Part shown: positions 63,771-64,000 of the stretch, in pieces
How the letters are laid out: each line of letters starts with the position of its first letter
Numbering within the stretch: the stretch's first letter is position 1
Notes under the pieces: model-generated
Databases searched by the model: none
The model's input: the letters and a program-made list of their open reading frames with translations, nothing else
Told to the model about the DNA's origin: nothing
Translations under genes and position numbers: made by a program
Source: Mobula hypostoma
Lineage: Eukaryota
Assembly (NCBI RefSeq): GCF_963921235.1
Contig: NC_086099.1
Span: 87,296,001-87,360,000 of the forward strand
DNA: 64,000 nt
Direction: 5' to 3'

Positions 63771-64000
63771 AATTATTTCCTCATAATGTGTTAAATTGCC
63801 AACATATCTGGTGTAATTTGGATGATGTAAAAGGGGAATTGTTGTAAATAACCATTTCTAGTGTATCTGTGGCCATGGTGGTTGTTAAGCAGAGGTTTTC
63901 TTTATCTATCTTGCACTTTCAAACCTCAAGGATCCTCCTGCTCATTAGCAGTAGCAGGATCAGATGTCACCATTCTGAGTATTGATATTCAACCCTATGA

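Overview
Vertebrate genomic DNA. The repeat complement (V-SINE/HE1-like SINEs, CR1, Rex1/Babar, GIY-YIG Penelope-like elements) suggests a cartilaginous fish, probably a ray; this is inference. Three host genes lie in the same order as the human QDPR-CLRN2-LAP3 block. LAP3 exons 1-2 are on the minus strand and the gene runs off the left edge. CLRN2 is complete, with 3 exons and 232 aa on the minus strand. QDPR exons 1-5 are on the plus strand and the gene runs off the right edge. Almost everything else is transposon-derived. The most unusual structure is the LAP3 promoter: a CpG-rich 54-bp minisatellite that begins about 55 bp upstream of the ATG and is split by a 1.5-kb fold-back Penelope-like insertion carrying a minimal hammerhead ribozyme on each arm. 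Further hammerhead-bearing copies lie in LAP3 intron 1 and QDPR intron 5. Other highlights: a five-level nest (CR1 > hAT-Tip100 > hAT with 6-7 bp TSD > Charlie > palindromic MITE); a CR1 > Gypsy > Rex1 nest; a decayed endogenous retrovirus with gamma-type env abutting the CLRN2 3' end; an R4/Dong-like element in a (TAT)n tract; a 34-bp-stem hairpin in CLRN2 intron 2; and a degenerate repeat in QDPR intron 2 that resembles the spliced exon2-exon3 junction. I cannot claim a wholly new system. These are unusual configurations of known parts. All gene and family assignments come from remembered sequence motifs, not from database searches.
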